Assembly (NCBI RefSeq): GCF_009834535.1
Contig: NC_045697.1
Location: 28,956,001 to 29,020,000 of the forward strand
DNA length: 64,000 nucleotides
Reading direction: 5' to 3'
Source: Camelus ferus
Taxonomy: Eukaryota
Part shown: positions 23,811-38,144 of the stretch, piece after piece
Layout: each line of letters begins with the position of its first letter
Position numbering within the stretch: position 1 is the stretch's first letter
The notes under the pieces: generated by a model
Told to the model about the DNA's origin: nothing
Databases searched by the model: none
The model's input: only the letters and a program-made list of their open reading frames with translations
Made by a program: the position numbers and the translations under genes

Positions 23811-25959
23811 TGTGCCCCACTTCCTCCCAGAGCAGCCCAACCATGTGGTTTTGCCACATCCGATCTCATGTAACCTTGTAGGTCCCAACCCTACCAGTCA
23901 AGTGGCCTGTATTTTAAAAATTGCTTTTAATAAAATATTTCAATTCTTTGTCCATCCCCCCTTTTATTTTTCTTCCCTGCAATGAGAAAGGGACCTAAGT
24001 TACAGAGCACCGTCATTTGCAAAGGTGTTTGCTCTAACCCTTGGCTTTTCAGTATAATTTTGTAGGTTGATTACATATGAATTGGCAGAGATGCAATACA
24101 TCATGCTGTGATGCTTCGAAAAGCTTGGAAAATACTCTCTTTTTCTTATCTCACTACTTTTCCATCCCTCAGGTCTCAGGTATTTCCTTTGAATGAGGGA
24201 GTGACTGGGAGAGGAGAGCCTGGTTCTTTCTGTTTAAAGATCTGGTACTAGGGAAGGGCACTTCACCCATCATGGGATGGGATGGAAGGAGTCCCGCTTG
24301 CCACGCCTGTTGGGTTGTGATACCACAGAGGGGACTGGGCATCTGTGAGTGTTCATCCCCGAAGCCGAGAAGGCTCTCCTATGAATTGAGTCAGATCAGA
24401 ACAACTCAAGGGTAGGTAGGGCCCTATTTCTCCTCAGTCTGTATCTCTTCTGATAAAGGAAAGATGCATACACACTCTCCAAGATCTTCAGCAGTTTTTC
24501 AACAGAAAAGATAAAATAAACCACAGAAATCACTTGTGATGTAAAGTTCCTAAAGAGCACTCGAGTCACCCTAAAGTCCACATTAATTTTTGTGGTCGAT
24601 TCTAAAATACATCCTGACATGGAACTTAACACTTAATGGACAGACATGATGAGGCAGTAAGAGTCCAGACAGCTGTGATCTGTTTTGGAGTCACAAAGTC
24701 TGGGTCATGTGTCTTTCAGCTTCAGTTTCCCTAACTTAAAACAGATACTAATTCCTGGGTTACTCTAAGAATTAGCACAATAATGATTGTGGAACTATTG
24801 TTCAAATGCTGGTGCCAGTATGGATTTTTTATGTGTCTATGCAGATACATAGGCTGAACATTCTGGATAAGATCAGAATATTCCAGAACTTGTCAGCAGT
24901 GGGCCACGAGATGGGAAACCTACACAGATGTAGGCGCCATTGGTAGCAACGTTCAACAGGGTACAGTGAGTAAAATGGCATGCGGTGGCAATAGCGACAA
25001 ACTACATTTGAATGCCTCCTGCTTCTGGGTTTGTGCTGGGCACTTTACAGTCCTCCTCTCATTAAATCCTCAGAACATGCTCATAAGGTGGATAATATTC
25101 TCTTTCTGTTATAAGAAACTGAGGCTCAGGCAGATATATGGAGATACTTCCTTCATGCTGTTACTTTTCAAAATGTCCCAGTTTTGCCATGTAATTTCGG
25201 TGTAATTAAACTTGACCAGTTTATTTATTATATGGTGAATTATATTTAAAGTTCACTGCGCGTGCTAATTTAGCTAAGATGCTGAGAATGATCCCTGTCA
25301 CACGTTGATGATTAAGGCTTGGCAGCCTTCCTGCGAGAGCTTCCTTTCATCCTTTTCCCTATTAAAAAGTCTCAGGTGGTTCTTACCCCACTGTCCTGGT
25401 GGTCCCTGCTGGCTGTTCCCCCCCGCCCCCTCCCCCTGCCATTTCCATTTTCCACCCTTGGCTGCCCTCCCCGTGCCTGGGGAGCTAACCCTGGGACTGC
25501 GTCACCCAGGATCTCTTCCTGGCTAGCTTCCACTTGGATGCAGCTCTTGGGAGACTTTGGCTAGAAGTCAGAGGGTGGGAGGAAAGAACAGTTGGGTGTT
25601 TTTTCCGGCTTTGGTGATGCTTATCTGTCAATAGCTGTGACTCCCTCACACCTGCTGAGCAGCTTCTCCTCTATGCCTCCAACTTCCACGGGGCTCCAGG
25701 ATGGCATTTCCTCACCATGCCCCTCATGGTAAGTAATGGCTTCTTGCTTCTGAAGGATATGGGTTTGACAGCCTGGCTAACTGCACTGTCCTGAACCTCA
25801 AAACCGAGGAAGTGCCACGCTTGATCTCTATTTGCTTGGGAGAGAATGGAGTGTGTTGATTAATTTTAATCTGAATAAGCAAAAGAGTAATTCTGGAATA
25901 GCAGGGTTCAAGAATTGTGGGTCTTCTAATGGCATATTTTTATTTAAGAAGCTCTGCTA

Positions 25960-26960
25960 TAAATATATAAAGAACCACTATGAATCAACAATAAAAACAG
26001 CTCAGTTTTAAAATGGCCATTTCTCAGAAGGGGAAATATGCATGACCAATAAACAACAGAAAAGGTGTTCAGTCTCACCAGGAGTCAGGGGAATGCAAAC
26101 TAAATCCATAATGAGATATCATTGTCATGCCACCACATTAGCAGAGAAAAAGTATGACTATGAAGTATCGGCAAGGATATGAAGCAATAAACTTATATGC
26201 ATCTTGTGGGGATGTAAATTAATATAACATTTTGGCATTGCTAAGTAGTGTTGAATATTTTACACCCTTGACCTAGATATTTCATGCCCTGGAGATATGC
26301 TTGCATAGATTTCCTGGCAAGCCTGTATGAGAATGTTCTTAGTAGCATTGTAGGGGATAGCAAAAACTAGAAAGAACCCACTGTCATCCAAAGGGAATGT
26401 CTAAATGTTGGTATGTTCACACATAGAATACTATGCAACAATCAAAATGAACTATAGCTATACATACCAATATAAATAAATGTAGACAAAGTTGAAAATA
26501 AAGCAAGTAGTGGGGGATGGGTGTAGCTCAGTGATAGAGTGCATGCTTAGCAGCATGAAGTCCTGGGTTCAATCCCCAGTACCTCCACTTAAAAAAAAGA
26601 AAGAAAAATAAAAGATTAAAAAACTAGTAGCAATATATATATATATAGTATGATTCCATTTATATGAAGTTAAAATTCAAGCAAAACTTAATATAATAGG
26701 GTCAAAAACATTTAAGCATGGAAATGATTAACACAGCATTTAAATAAGTGGTTACCTCTTCTGGGGAGGGAAGGGAATACAATTGAGCAGGGTCACCCAG
26801 GGGTGTCACAGGTATTGGTAATGTTCTATTTCTTAAGTTTGGGAAGTGGGTACATGAATGATCATTTAATTTTTTCTGTTACTTATTCTTCAAAAACTTA
26901 TGTGTTTTTTTACAACTCTTGTGTATGCCTAATATAATTTATAATTTTGAAAGTTTTTAA
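25960..26960 (+). mobile_element. Ancient L1ME-type remnant interrupted by a SINE
   Basis: gggaatgcaaactaaatccataatgagatatca, agaatgttcttagtagcattg, tatgattccatttatatgaag. Confidence 0.8.
26512..26623 (+). mobile_element. tRNA-derived SINE (Vic-1-like)
   Basis: A box TAGCTCAGTGAT, B box GGTTCAATCCC (26566-26576), A-rich tail, imperfect TSD ending agtag. Confidence 0.92.
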
Positions 26961-26964
26961 AAAG

Positions 26965-27180
26965 TTCAGATTCTACAGTCAAATTGCCAGAACTTGAATT
27001 CCAGCTCTGACACTCCCTAGCTTTGCAGTCTTGTGCAAGTTAACTAGCCTCTGCACATTGGTTTCCTCATCCGTAAAGTGGAGAAAATAATATGATAGGG
27101 TGGTGAGGATTAAAGGAATGAATACAGGTGAAGGTTGCACTACGTCTGGCACATACTAAGTCTGCAATAAATGGCAGCTA
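26965..27180 (+). mobile_element. MIR SINE
   Basis: ttgaattccagctctgacact...gtttcctcatccgtaaagtggag. Confidence 0.8.
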
Positions 27181-29509
27181 TACCATTCAGTTGCCATATT
27201 ATACACGGCAGAGCTGGGAGGATCCTGCTCTGTGGTGGATGAAGACATTAAGATCTTTCCGAAGCTCTGTGAGTTGGTGGCAGACTCAGCCCACCTCACT
27301 CTCCCTACCACCCTTTGGGTGCTCTTTCTCTAAGCTTCATGAAGAGAGAGGTTTTGTTTTACTTGTTCACTTTTCACAAGTTCACTTTTCAATCCAGTTT
27401 TCCTGTACTTTATAATTTGCAAGATTTTTTCTTAGCACGAAGCAGGTACATTTCAGCATTTTATAGAAGGGATCAGCAAAGGCTCCGTTCACTGGTTTAT
27501 TCATTCAGCATTTACTGGGATCCTTATGTTGGCTATGGGGGTGATTCAAAGTAGAGGACTCAGTCACTACATGAGATAACCCGAGCATCTCGCCATCACT
27601 GATTTACCATGTTGTTTCATAACTATGTGTTTCTGTTTCCATTCCCCCATGGGACCAGGACATTTTTAGCACCAAGACTGCAAACTGCCAAAGCTGCTGC
27701 TTTTATGGAGTTTAGGATCTAGTTAGGTGGGGATAGCTGTGTATGTGCAGATAATTATGCAAACAAATCAGATAAATGTGGATGGGTGGTCAGTGCTATA
27801 AAGAAATGAATTAGGAAAAGGGAGAGGGAACACTGGATAGTTTATTCTTCTAACTGAGAAGCCTGGATGATGTAGATAAACTACATCATTTAAAAATAAA
27901 CCATCCCTCTGAAAAAGAAAGCAGGCTTAACTTTTTCTCTGCTGGCCTCAAAAAAGGGACACATATGCTTTTCACAATAATCAGTGTTCAATACCCAGTT
28001 CCCTCCAGAAGTGACTGACTTCACTGGGGATTCCAACCCATCTGACTATTGGGTTAGGGCTGTTCCAAGGGATGGATTAGCAAATAGACTGGCATAGAAA
28101 AGTGACAGGATTTACAGAAGCAGGGTGGTGCTGGGGGCTTACATAGAAAAGTTTCCAATGGATTCTGAAAACAAGGAAGGAAATGACTAGAACTCAGGGT
28201 CTAGATAGGACTCAAAGTAAAGCAAGAGCTTGCCTGCTGGGCCCTGTAGAGCAATTCCAAGAATCTGTCCATGTACATGGTAGCACGGGCTTAAGAAGCA
28301 GCCATGTTACAGCAAGCTAGAGCCCATCTGCTGATGCAGTTGGAGAGCTCGCCCTTTATGGTTTAAATAGAACATGGTAAGGTGCCCCAATCTGTCTTCT
28401 GTCTGTGGAACTTTCACACTGATGGAAAAAGGCAGAGGTGCAATTGACAAGTGAGTCACCGGAATTAACCAAAGGGCAGTTGTTGGATTGTAAAGCTGTA
28501 ATCTCAGGGAACTAAAGATTTACTGAGTATTTTGATTCAAGATATTTTTAAAAAAATTTTCAGAAAGCCCTCCACTGTGTGCATGAACTTCTCAGGCAGG
28601 TACATCTCTCCCTCTCCCTTTCTCCTTCTCATCATTTCTCTCTGCAGCCAGGTACCCGTGCCACCCATCTTTGGTATCTCCAGCATCAAAAATGGTGCTG
28701 TGCCCACAGTACATGCAGAACTCTTACTTCTTGAGTGAATCAATCCTCATTACCATCATCTCACACATTCATTCATATAGCACTTTGAAAGTGCCCAAAG
28801 TGCTTTTCCATGTCTTATGGAATTAGCCAGTATTTGCTTAGCACTCTATAAACGATCAAGTACTTCATATATGGTGTCTCAGATGACCTCACAACAATGC
28901 TGTGGGTTATTATTATTTGGCCCGTTTTATAGGCAAGAAAGCTAAGGCTCAGGAGGGCTACGTGACTCATCTCTGTGCACCTAACTCATACTTGGCGGAA
29001 TCAGGATCGTACTTGGAACTCTTGGCTCCAAACTCCCCTTCTTCTGCTCTGCTAGGCTTTCTTCTGACGCTCCAGATGACACTGTGAAGGAGGAGAGAGA
29101 GAGATGCGACCCAGGGAGGCGATGTGACATGTCCTGGCCACGCACACAGCTGCTGACCAGAAGCGAGGTCTCTGTGTCTAAGCCCTGGCGGTCACTATTA
29201 TCATCCTTATTATCAGAACACATTTAGCAAAAGAATTGAACCCGCTCCTGTGTGATTGTCTACTAAGCGCTCATTAGATGAGTTAACAGACATAGATTGT
29301 ATCTCTGCTTGACAAATGGAAAAGCTTGAAAGAAGGAAGTTATCTGTTAATCCAGTACCCAAACCATGTTTGTAATACTTCTCTGGATACTGCATGAAAA
29401 TGCACACTGAGTTTTTTTTCTCTCCCTCTGTTAGTGTATATACTTCCATTCAGGGTCTAAGATCTAAGTCAATATGGCTGGAACATTTTCTTCTGCTTCT
29501 CTATTATTT

Positions 29510-29620
29510 TGTCATATTATTACAATTATTATACTATATAGTATTAGTTTATATAATATAATATAGTATATTATATTGTATATTATTACTATTATTATAT
29601 TATATTAATATGCTATTACT
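29510..29620. repeat. AT-rich low-complexity tract
   Basis: Degenerate TA/TAT repeats. Confidence 0.85.
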
Positions 29621-29833
29621 AGCTCACATTTTTGGAATTGGAAGAGACCTCAGGGAGGATTTAGCTCAACCTCATCACTTTGCAGACGAAGAAACTGACT
29701 CTCTAGCTGCCCAGGGACATACACGTGGCTTCAGGAAAAACTGGGACTTGAGGCCCAGGTTTTGTCTCCCAGCCTCTACCTTTGAGCTCTAGACTCCGTG
29801 TCCATTTGTTTCAGGTTTCAATGATGGAAATTT

Positions 29834-30001
29834 ATTTTTTTTTCCCTTTTATCACTCATTTTTATTTTGTTTTTTTAAATTGAAGTATAGTCAGTTTACA
29901 ATGTTGTGTTAATCTCTGGTGTACAGCATAGTGAATCAGCTATATATATATATATCTATATATATAGGTATATATATATATTCCTTTTCATGGTCTTTTC
30001 T
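29834..30001 (-). mobile_element. Short L1 3'-end fragment with an internal (TA)n
   Basis: T-rich tail + ttgaagtatagtcagtttacaatgttgtg, imperfect TSD aatgat(g/a)gaa. Confidence 0.82.
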
Positions 30002-30746
30002 AATGATAGAAGTCTAAAGGTTTACCCTTCTCTTAAAATGTCAGAGGCAATGGCAGGTGATTAAAAAAAAAGAAGAAAATGTCAGTGGGAAAGACCAGCC
30101 CATGAAACCAGCAACAGTAGAGGCGCAGAAAGACCCAGAACACGGCAGCCAGCCAGCAGCGCCGCCTTGCCTGTTATTATAAGCTCAACAGTCAGAGCTA
30201 TGAGCCTTGAATCACTCAGGGCTGGGGCTTCAGGGGCTCCGGGGGAACCTGAAGGATGTTCTTCCTTCCTCCACCCAAATGCTCAGAAGGGAAATCTGCA
30301 AGCCAGCCTGGTTGGAACAGGTTAAAGGAATTATAAAGGAAAGATTCTTTGCACAGGTATATATTTCTACATCTGTCTCTCCCAGATTATACAAATATTG
30401 CATGCTCATTGTTGAAAAAATTAGAAAGCAAAAGACAATTAAAATGACTCCAATAATCCCTGTTCCGTCAATTTTTGTATTTACCTCTCCAGAATTTTTT
30501 CTTATATGCATACACGTGTATTTTTACAAAAATAGGATCGTATGGTACAACCTAATTTCCAATCTGTTTTTTTTTCATTTACTGTCTTGTGAACAGCTTT
30601 TAATGTCAGCTTGTTAATGAGTATACATACTCCTACGCTGTTGTCTGTACAGGCAGTATGGTAACTATCCCAGATTTTTCCGAGGAACCTGTAACGACAT
30701 GCTTGTTAATTGCATCTGTGGGCATCTATTGAACTTTGTACTGGAA

Positions 30747-30749
<3 letters not shown>

Positions 30750-30793
<44 letters not shown>
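30750..30793. repeat. (TG)n microsatellite
   Basis: ~22 perfect units. Confidence 0.97.
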
Positions 30794-30794
<1 letters not shown>

Positions 30795-31869
30795 CCTTGC
30801 TTAAAGCCACAGTAAAAACCACAGATATATCTGGCACTATGTACTTTATGTATGTTAAATTGTTTTCTTGTGAGCACCCAAGAGGAAGGTACTATTTTCA
30901 TCCCTATTTCACAGATAAGGAAACTTACCCAAGGTCAGACACCTAGCATGTGTCAGAGTCAAGATTCCGTCCAGGCAATCTGTCTCAAGTCTGTGCTCCT
31001 GACGGTTCCACACTCCAGCTCCTTGGTTACATAACTGGGAGGGCCTGTAGGAACACCCAGTCCCAGAAAGAAAAGTCTTAGTATGACAGATGTGAAGTCC
31101 AGAGATGTCTTTACTTTCCTATCAAGTCACCTGTGAGTTCATTACAGAGTTTGACGACCATCCATCCAGCTCTTCTTTCTCTGGTCTTCTTTGCCCATCT
31201 TTTCCCCTCTGCCATCCTCCCATCTTTTTGTACCTTCTCTGCCCCTCCTGTAGGCTTAGACTCCATGCAGAAGGTCCCTGGTGGAGGCTTATGTCCTTCA
31301 GAGTGAAACAGCTATGACACAAACACACCTTCCCTTGATTACTATTGACACGTGTCAGACAGAACTATTCGATGTTAGGCTCTCACAGCCACTTTCCTCC
31401 ATTTTACCAGACTTCCTCCCAGGAAGGGCTGGGAGGGGGCTCTGGGGAGGAAGGAAGAGGGGTGAGGGGGGAAGAAAACCCTCATCCTGCCACAACACAG
31501 AGCCTCGGATTTTGCTCTGCTTTGATGCCAACATCTCTGATTCTCCCTGGTTCGTTCTGAAGTTTGGGGGTGGGGAAGGGAGGAGGGCATGAATGTGGCT
31601 GAGCCTCTAAGCTGTGGCGTGGCTCTGAGAAGCTGTTCGATGAGGACTCTTGAATGGACACACTATTTCCCTCCCCTCCAAAAAATGACAGTCATCTTGG
31701 TTGAGGCTGTTGTTAGAGCTGACTGGCTGGAGGTTTGTGCAGAACGGACTCAGGGTCTCTTCTCTGCCAGGGTGTTCTCAGAATGGAACTTTTCACGTGA
31801 CAGAGTCATCTGGCCTTTCTGATGGGTCTGTGATCTGATTAAACTACTGCGGTAAAAGACCTTTTCTTT

Positions 31870-32147
31870 CTTTTTAAAATTTCCAATCATTGCAGACCAA
31901 AACTGCTTAAAAGCACAATAAATTCCTAGAAGGAAAAAAGACAAAGAATTAAAAGGAAAAAAATGAAGTAAAAAAAGACCGAAATACGCAAGTCCTATTT
32001 TTTAATATTAGATTCAACAGACATTACCCAACTGTTAAAAAATTTTCTAAATACATACTCTTGATTTCTGTGCTTCTCTTGCTGTGGTCCAGTAACAGTT
32101 TGCAGACCTGCCTTGTCTGGTTTTTGGACCACACTTTGAGCAGCTTT
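31870..32147. mobile_element. hAT-Charlie fragment (MER119/Charlie7-like)
   Basis: aaatacatactcttgatttctgtg...ggaccacactttgagcagc terminal motif. Confidence 0.55.
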
Positions 32148-34689
32148 GATCTAGTTCACTCATTCCTTCTCTGTTTGGGAAAGTTCATTCACTCATTTCT
32201 TCTCTGAATAAACATTTATTAAGCAGCTATTATAGGCGGGGTATGTAGGTTGATCCTGCTTTCTTGGGATTACTCTGACACATGATTTTGTGTTATTACT
32301 ACATACTTAAATTGCAACAGTCATGTAATACATCATTATAATGTGATGTTGACTGTAATAGCATTAAAAAGAAAAATTGTCCCAGATTAAGACCCTTTCC
32401 ATGTATGATGTAATTCAAAACCTCCTTCTGGGAAGAAAATCAGTGTTTTCAATAAAACACCTACGCAATTTTCTGACAGATTGTAATGAGATAAAGACTT
32501 GCTCTGGGAAATTAGTCACCCTTGCACCTCCTTCCCCCATTCCCAGCTGACCATCAGACAACAGTCTAGTTGACCTTTAGCTATACATTCTTTTCTTTCC
32601 GTGTCTAGTCTGATTCTCTGGCCATTCCTGTCAAGTGTGAATCTTTGAAATGGATTCCTAGGGACCCTTTCCCTTGAAGAAGGGCTGCAATAAATACAGT
32701 TTGACACATGATCATATCTAAAGAGACAGGAGGAGAGAATTTTGATGGGTTGGTGGAGTTGGTGGGAGCAAGCTTTATAATATTTCTGAGTCTCAGTTTT
32801 TTCATCTATGAAATGAAGAGAGTAATACCTCAGGTTGTGAGGATCAGGTGAGGCACTGAATGGAAGGAGCTTGGTATGTAATGAGAGTGTACCAAGTGTT
32901 CACCTTGTTATGGTGATGACGGTGCACACCTGGTCTCCTTGAAGTCAGAAGCCCTGTGGTACCAGGTTACTCCTCAGCTCCAGATGAAGCTCTGGGTCTT
33001 AGCCTGCTCTCATAGGAATGAAACCAGAAGGAACAGATCTCACCATGGGGCTCAGAAAAGCGACTGCCTAGAGCAGCGAAAGCCCAGTCCCTCGGGGGAG
33101 GCGGGGGCAGCCTGAAGTGGGTAAGTCAACCAGACTTGTGTACTCACATTTCCCACACTTTCAAAGCTCCCCCAAAGGTAGAGGGGAGGGAACTAAGCTA
33201 GAATCAGCTTGGGGCTGATTTTGGCTGAAAGACTTGGGCCACAGCAGGTGTTTGAGCTGGAAGCCAGCCAAGCCGACTCACCGCACAGCTGCGGGAGGAG
33301 GCAGCGGCCTCCTGTGGTCGCAGTTCTGACGCTGTTACCCAGGCTTCGTTTCTGGGCTGTCCTCTTCCACAGCCTTCCTTTTAGCTCGAGGCTCGGGCCT
33401 AGGGGCCCAGCGAGGCTGCAGTATTCTGCGGGGTCTGTTTCCTTCTTTCTGCCCTCTGTAGAAGATGATCACTTGTTATGTAGTGAATAATTTTTCTCCT
33501 TCAACCTCCATCTCCTTCTGCTGAGAAAGTGAGGTCTGTGTGTAAGAGGCCCTGGAAGAGGCGTGAGGGAGAGATGGAGGAGTGGTCAAGGGAGAGGGAG
33601 GAGAGGAGTTGGGAGTCTGGCCCATGTCCCCAGCCCACATTATACGGTGGAGACTTACACACCGACCGTTCTCTGCCATGGCCCCTGTGGTAAAGGGAAG
33701 AGGAGGAGGCAGGAGGATCTGAGGGTGAGGCAGCTGGTCCAGCGCCGCTAGCCTGCAGGGCACCTTTGTAAGGATTAGAAAATGTGCCTGCTCTGGGTGC
33801 ACATGGCCCCTCTGCAGCCCACAGAGCTCGGCAAGCCCGGCACAGGCTCAGTTTCAGTCTCCACTGTCCCTTCTACCTAGAGTTTTGTTCAGTGAACAGC
33901 CTGCACGACGGGGACCAGCAGTCCTGACTGGGGGAAGACTGGCCCCAAACGCTGTGAAAGATGAGGACTGACAAGAAACTGAGATAAGAGAAGAGGTAAA
34001 CCTGCCCTTGGTTATGGCTACCATGTCTGGTGTGTATAAGATACAGTCCATCTCTGGAGAGGAAGCCTCATTACTAGGCAGCTCCTCTTACTCAGAGTAC
34101 AGCCCTTTACTTCCTCCACAAGGCATCAGTCAAACCCTGTGTAATCTAGTTCTCCCCCTTCTCTTCCACCAAACTTGGACTCTGTCCCCCTTCCTTTGAG
34201 CTCCCTAGGAAGAGGCTTCCTGGGCTTCAGAGTGAAATTTCCACTCTCAGCATTTCTACTACTAATATTCAACTACCTCTTACAGGAAAACTCTAGTGCC
34301 TCATTCTGCTGAAAGAATCTCTTTTTTTCCCTCTTACCAAATGACATCTCTTTTAGGAAGAAAGACAGAAAAAAGATAAGAGGGCAAAGAAACACGAGAG
34401 TGGAGAAAATCCTGCCTAGCCACACATAAGTTTTTGCTTTAATTCTTTTCTTCCCCTCTTGGAGAGAACATCTAAAATGTTCATCAGATTCTCAAAAGAG
34501 TCCATGATTCTCAAACCTCAAGAGACATAGCTATAAAATGATTCATGAAATCCAAACAAAAGGGGCACAGAAATTGCAGGGAGGGTTTATCAAATTTACT
34601 TTAACCACTGTCTGATTTCAGAGGATTATCTAGTTTCTTTTAGACCACGAGCAGAAACGCTGCTGCTTATTTCCCTGTCTGGCTTGGAT

Positions 34690-35240
34690 GGCCCCCAGAA
34701 TCACATTATTCTAATTGCCAACCAGCAGGCGTCCTGTTTTTTAACCCCTCATCCTCTACTAGGTCACCAGAATTGTAATCCTAAAGTGTATCTTTCTCCA
34801 CCAAACTCCAAGCAGCTCACTGGTGTTAGACTCCTCCATCATCTGGCCCGCCCAGCCTCTCTGACTTGATCTTGCTTTGCTCTCTAGCCAGCCCTGCATG
34901 CCAGCCAGGTTGGTCTACGTACTGCCCACCACATGGGCATCATGACCATCTGCCTCCAGGTCTTCAGTCATAACCTAGACCCTTGTCACCCTTTTCTCCT
35001 TGATTTCCCAGAAGCTTCTCATCATCTAAGGCCAGCTCTCTGAAGTGGTGTACGTTCTATGTTCCCACAGCACCCCGTTTCCCCCACCATGGACCCCATG
35101 ACTGTGTGCTGTTGCTCTTGCCTGCCCTGTCCCTCTCTCCCGCTGGTCAGTGAGTTTCTTCAGGACAGGGCCTGTGTCTGGCCAACATTCCCAACATTGC
35201 CTGGAACTTAGTAAGTGCTTGATAAATGTTTGTTGGATAA
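34690..35240 (+). mobile_element. L2 fragment(s) including the 3' end
   Basis: Ends cagtgagtttcttcaggacagggcctgtgtc...gtaagtgcttgataaatgtttgttgga. Confidence 0.7.
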
Positions 35241-35334
35241 CCAAAGTCTTCCCTGACAGTTACAGTGCATGACTTCCCACCTCCCAGGGCTGTATTTCCC
35301 CAAACTTCTATTATATTCACTGTTTGTACCAGAG

Positions 35335-35480
35335 GCTGATGATCAGAATTACTGGGAGAGTTCTTATAAAATACAAATTCTCAGAGCTCTGTCCTAGCTC
35401 TACTGAATCAGAATCTAGAGGGGTGGGCCCCAGAATCTGTAGCCCTACAAAGTTCCCTAGATGGCTCTGATAATCTAGTT
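35335..35480. mobile_element. MER5-like hAT-Charlie MITE
   Basis: ctactgaatcagaatctagaggggtgggccccagaatctg. Confidence 0.8.
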
Positions 35481-35492
35481 TGCCTTTTACAT

Positions 35493-36294
35493 CAGCAGTT
35501 CTCAAAATTTTTAGGCTTAGGGCCACTTTACACTCTTAAAAATCATTGAAAAATCTAAGGAGTTTTCGTTGATATGGGTTGTAGTTAATGTTAACCAAAC
35601 TAAAATGACAATGGATAAATGCCAAAATATATACTAATTCATTTTAAATAATAATAAAGCCATTAAATGTTAGCATAAACAACACATTCTTAAAGAATAA
35701 CTATATTTTCCTAAACAAAAATTTTAATGAGAAGAGTACCATTGTTTAATATTTTTGCAAATTATTTTAATGTCTAACTTAATAGATGATAGTTGCATCT
35801 AATATCTGTTTCTGCATTTGATCTGGGGCAAGTTGCATTGCATAGTTTTGGATGAAATATATATGAAGATAATTCAGCTTCACACAAAGACAAATATTTT
35901 AATAGCATTTTCAGATCATTGTGGATATTTTTCATTGAAAGTACTCCAAAAATTGATATTACAGTTTCTTAAAGGTTAGTTGTAATGTGGAATCTGAAAC
36001 CATCTCTATGAAATCTGTATACTTGTGGAGAATGAATGAAATAGGTAAGTCCTTAGTATTATTATGAATAATTCAAACTTTTTTTTGAGGATTCTATAGC
36101 AATTTACTGTTTATTATTTCTAAAACTTTTTCATGAAAATTCACATATATAACACATCCTCAAACATTTTAAAGGCATTATCAAGCATTATCACTCTAAA
36201 TAACTGACATTTTTTGAGCAAATTTATGAGCACTTACATCACAGAGAGTCTTGTAGAGCCCTGGGGGTTCCTGAATCACACTTTGAGAAACTGC
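35493..36294. mobile_element. Charlie1-type hAT element
   Basis: TIRs cagcagttctcaaa / tttgagaaactgct, internal ctttacactcttaaaaatcattga. Confidence 0.85.
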
Positions 36295-38144
36295 TATATT
36301 TCACAACATTTAGCACTTATATCTTGTTCTCAGAATGCTTAATTCATTCAATAAGTGTGGCTAAATGCTATGTGCCAGGTGGTGTTCTGGGCATTGAGGT
36401 TCTAAATGTAACTGATCCCACTACCAAATTATATTGAAGACAGTGGCCCCAGTTTCAGAGATGCCTCCTGAGAACCCAGTTTCAGGGCTGCTGTGGGGCA
36501 TTCCACACCTTTGTGTAAATTAGAAAAAGTCACTTCCTCTGAAGAGATGCGTCTTATGGGCACATACTTCTGCAAGCAGAGCCCCCTGCTTCCGGTGGAC
36601 ATCACCCTGCTCTGGACACAGGGCTTGGTGAGAGGACTGTGGGTAGAATTGCAGCCACTACTCACTTGTTGGCTGGGTACTTTTATGCAGTGAAAAACTG
36701 AGGCAACTGCTCATGGTAGCCTTCCATGTTTTATATTTCTCTTGACCTCTAAGCTGGTAAGCCTCAGAACCAGAATTTGAAGCCCAGCAGTGAGGCTCCA
36801 GAAAGTTCCAGTAAGTCTGTGACCTTAACCACCAGACTCTGCAATTCCTGGTGCATAGTGAATGCTCCCCATGTGCCAGGGGCATGGGTAGTAGTTGTAG
36901 TATTACATCCTCTTAGGCTTAGCAGATTCTGTTAACAGATTTATATAGACTTGACAAATGTACTTCCTAAAGACAATAAAAATAGCTGAACTTATTTCAT
37001 ATAGGGACATAGACACAGTTAACTTTACAAATATATACTCAACAACTACAAGGAATGCTGGTCCACTTTAATACTAATTACTAAAACTCTGTTCCTGGGG
37101 TGTCGATGAACCTCTCAGCCAAGTGACATCATTGTCTGGGCACTGTTTTCAACTGTGTCAAATGCTACTGATGTTCAAGTGAAAGAGAACTGCGAATTGG
37201 CTTTTGGATTTATTAACGTAGTAGTCACCTTATCAAGAGCAGTTTCATTCGAAAGGGGTTGGCAAAGGCTTGATTGGCATGCGTTCCATAGAGAATTTTT
37301 CGATTGGGTCTAACTGAAATGTTAAAGAATGGGACCTTCATCGGTTGGATTTCTGTAGCACTCTGCATTTTGTGTGGCTGTATTTCACACCTTTGCTACT
37401 GCATGAATCTGGGCGAAGGCTGGAGACGCAGTTCTGCAGTTGCCTTCAGATTGGTGGGGGGACTCACTCTCTGCGGCTGAGTGATGAGACTACCTGCAAC
37501 GTGGTGAGCTAAGAATAGATGAGGTCTGGGGGATTCTCTCAGCATCTAATCAAAGATCATACAGCCCAGCAAGTACAGACAGCCTGAAGATGACCCAGGG
37601 CACAAGGATGTGGTTGGTGGGGGTGGAGGAGGGAGGGAGGAAGACCAAGAGGGAGAGGGCAGGTGAATTTTTCATTGCTTCCAAGATTCATCTGAACAGA
37701 GATTAAAACTTTGTGGAAGGGGCCAGGAGAGAACAAAACACAGCCTGGCAAAATCAAGCTTGGACTGGCTCCACGTGGCCATGGCCCTATGTTCTCCCAG
37801 CTGCAGTGTTTTCAATTATGAAAGGAGGGGACTGGTCTCTGACCTTGAAAGTCTTTTCTGGTGCTCTGAGCTGGTATCACATGACTGTAAGTTCTACAGG
37901 TTGAGAGCAATTATTTTTTTAAAAACTTTTTTTTTTTCTAGTTTTTCTTCCTAACAAGAAGGGAAGAATGTGTCAGAAGTGAACATTTCTTGGAACCCAT
38001 AGTACATACAAAGAATAGTAACATGAAACTGTCTTTTCATTAATGTTCTAATATGTCTCTTTCAGCCTTTCTGGATATTTAACATGCTTTCCTATGATGT
38101 TTTATAAATTTATATCAAGGGTATATGATATAAAGTTTAAAAGC

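Noticed and set aside
26512..26587. tRNA-like sequence with A and B boxes
   Set aside because: It has an A-rich tail, a TSD-like flank, a degenerate cloverleaf and two related copies in the window, so it is a SINE and not a tRNA gene.
30150..30175. CTCF-like GC-rich motif (also weak ones near 16445, 24903 and 42945)
   Set aside because: Several mismatches to the core consensus.
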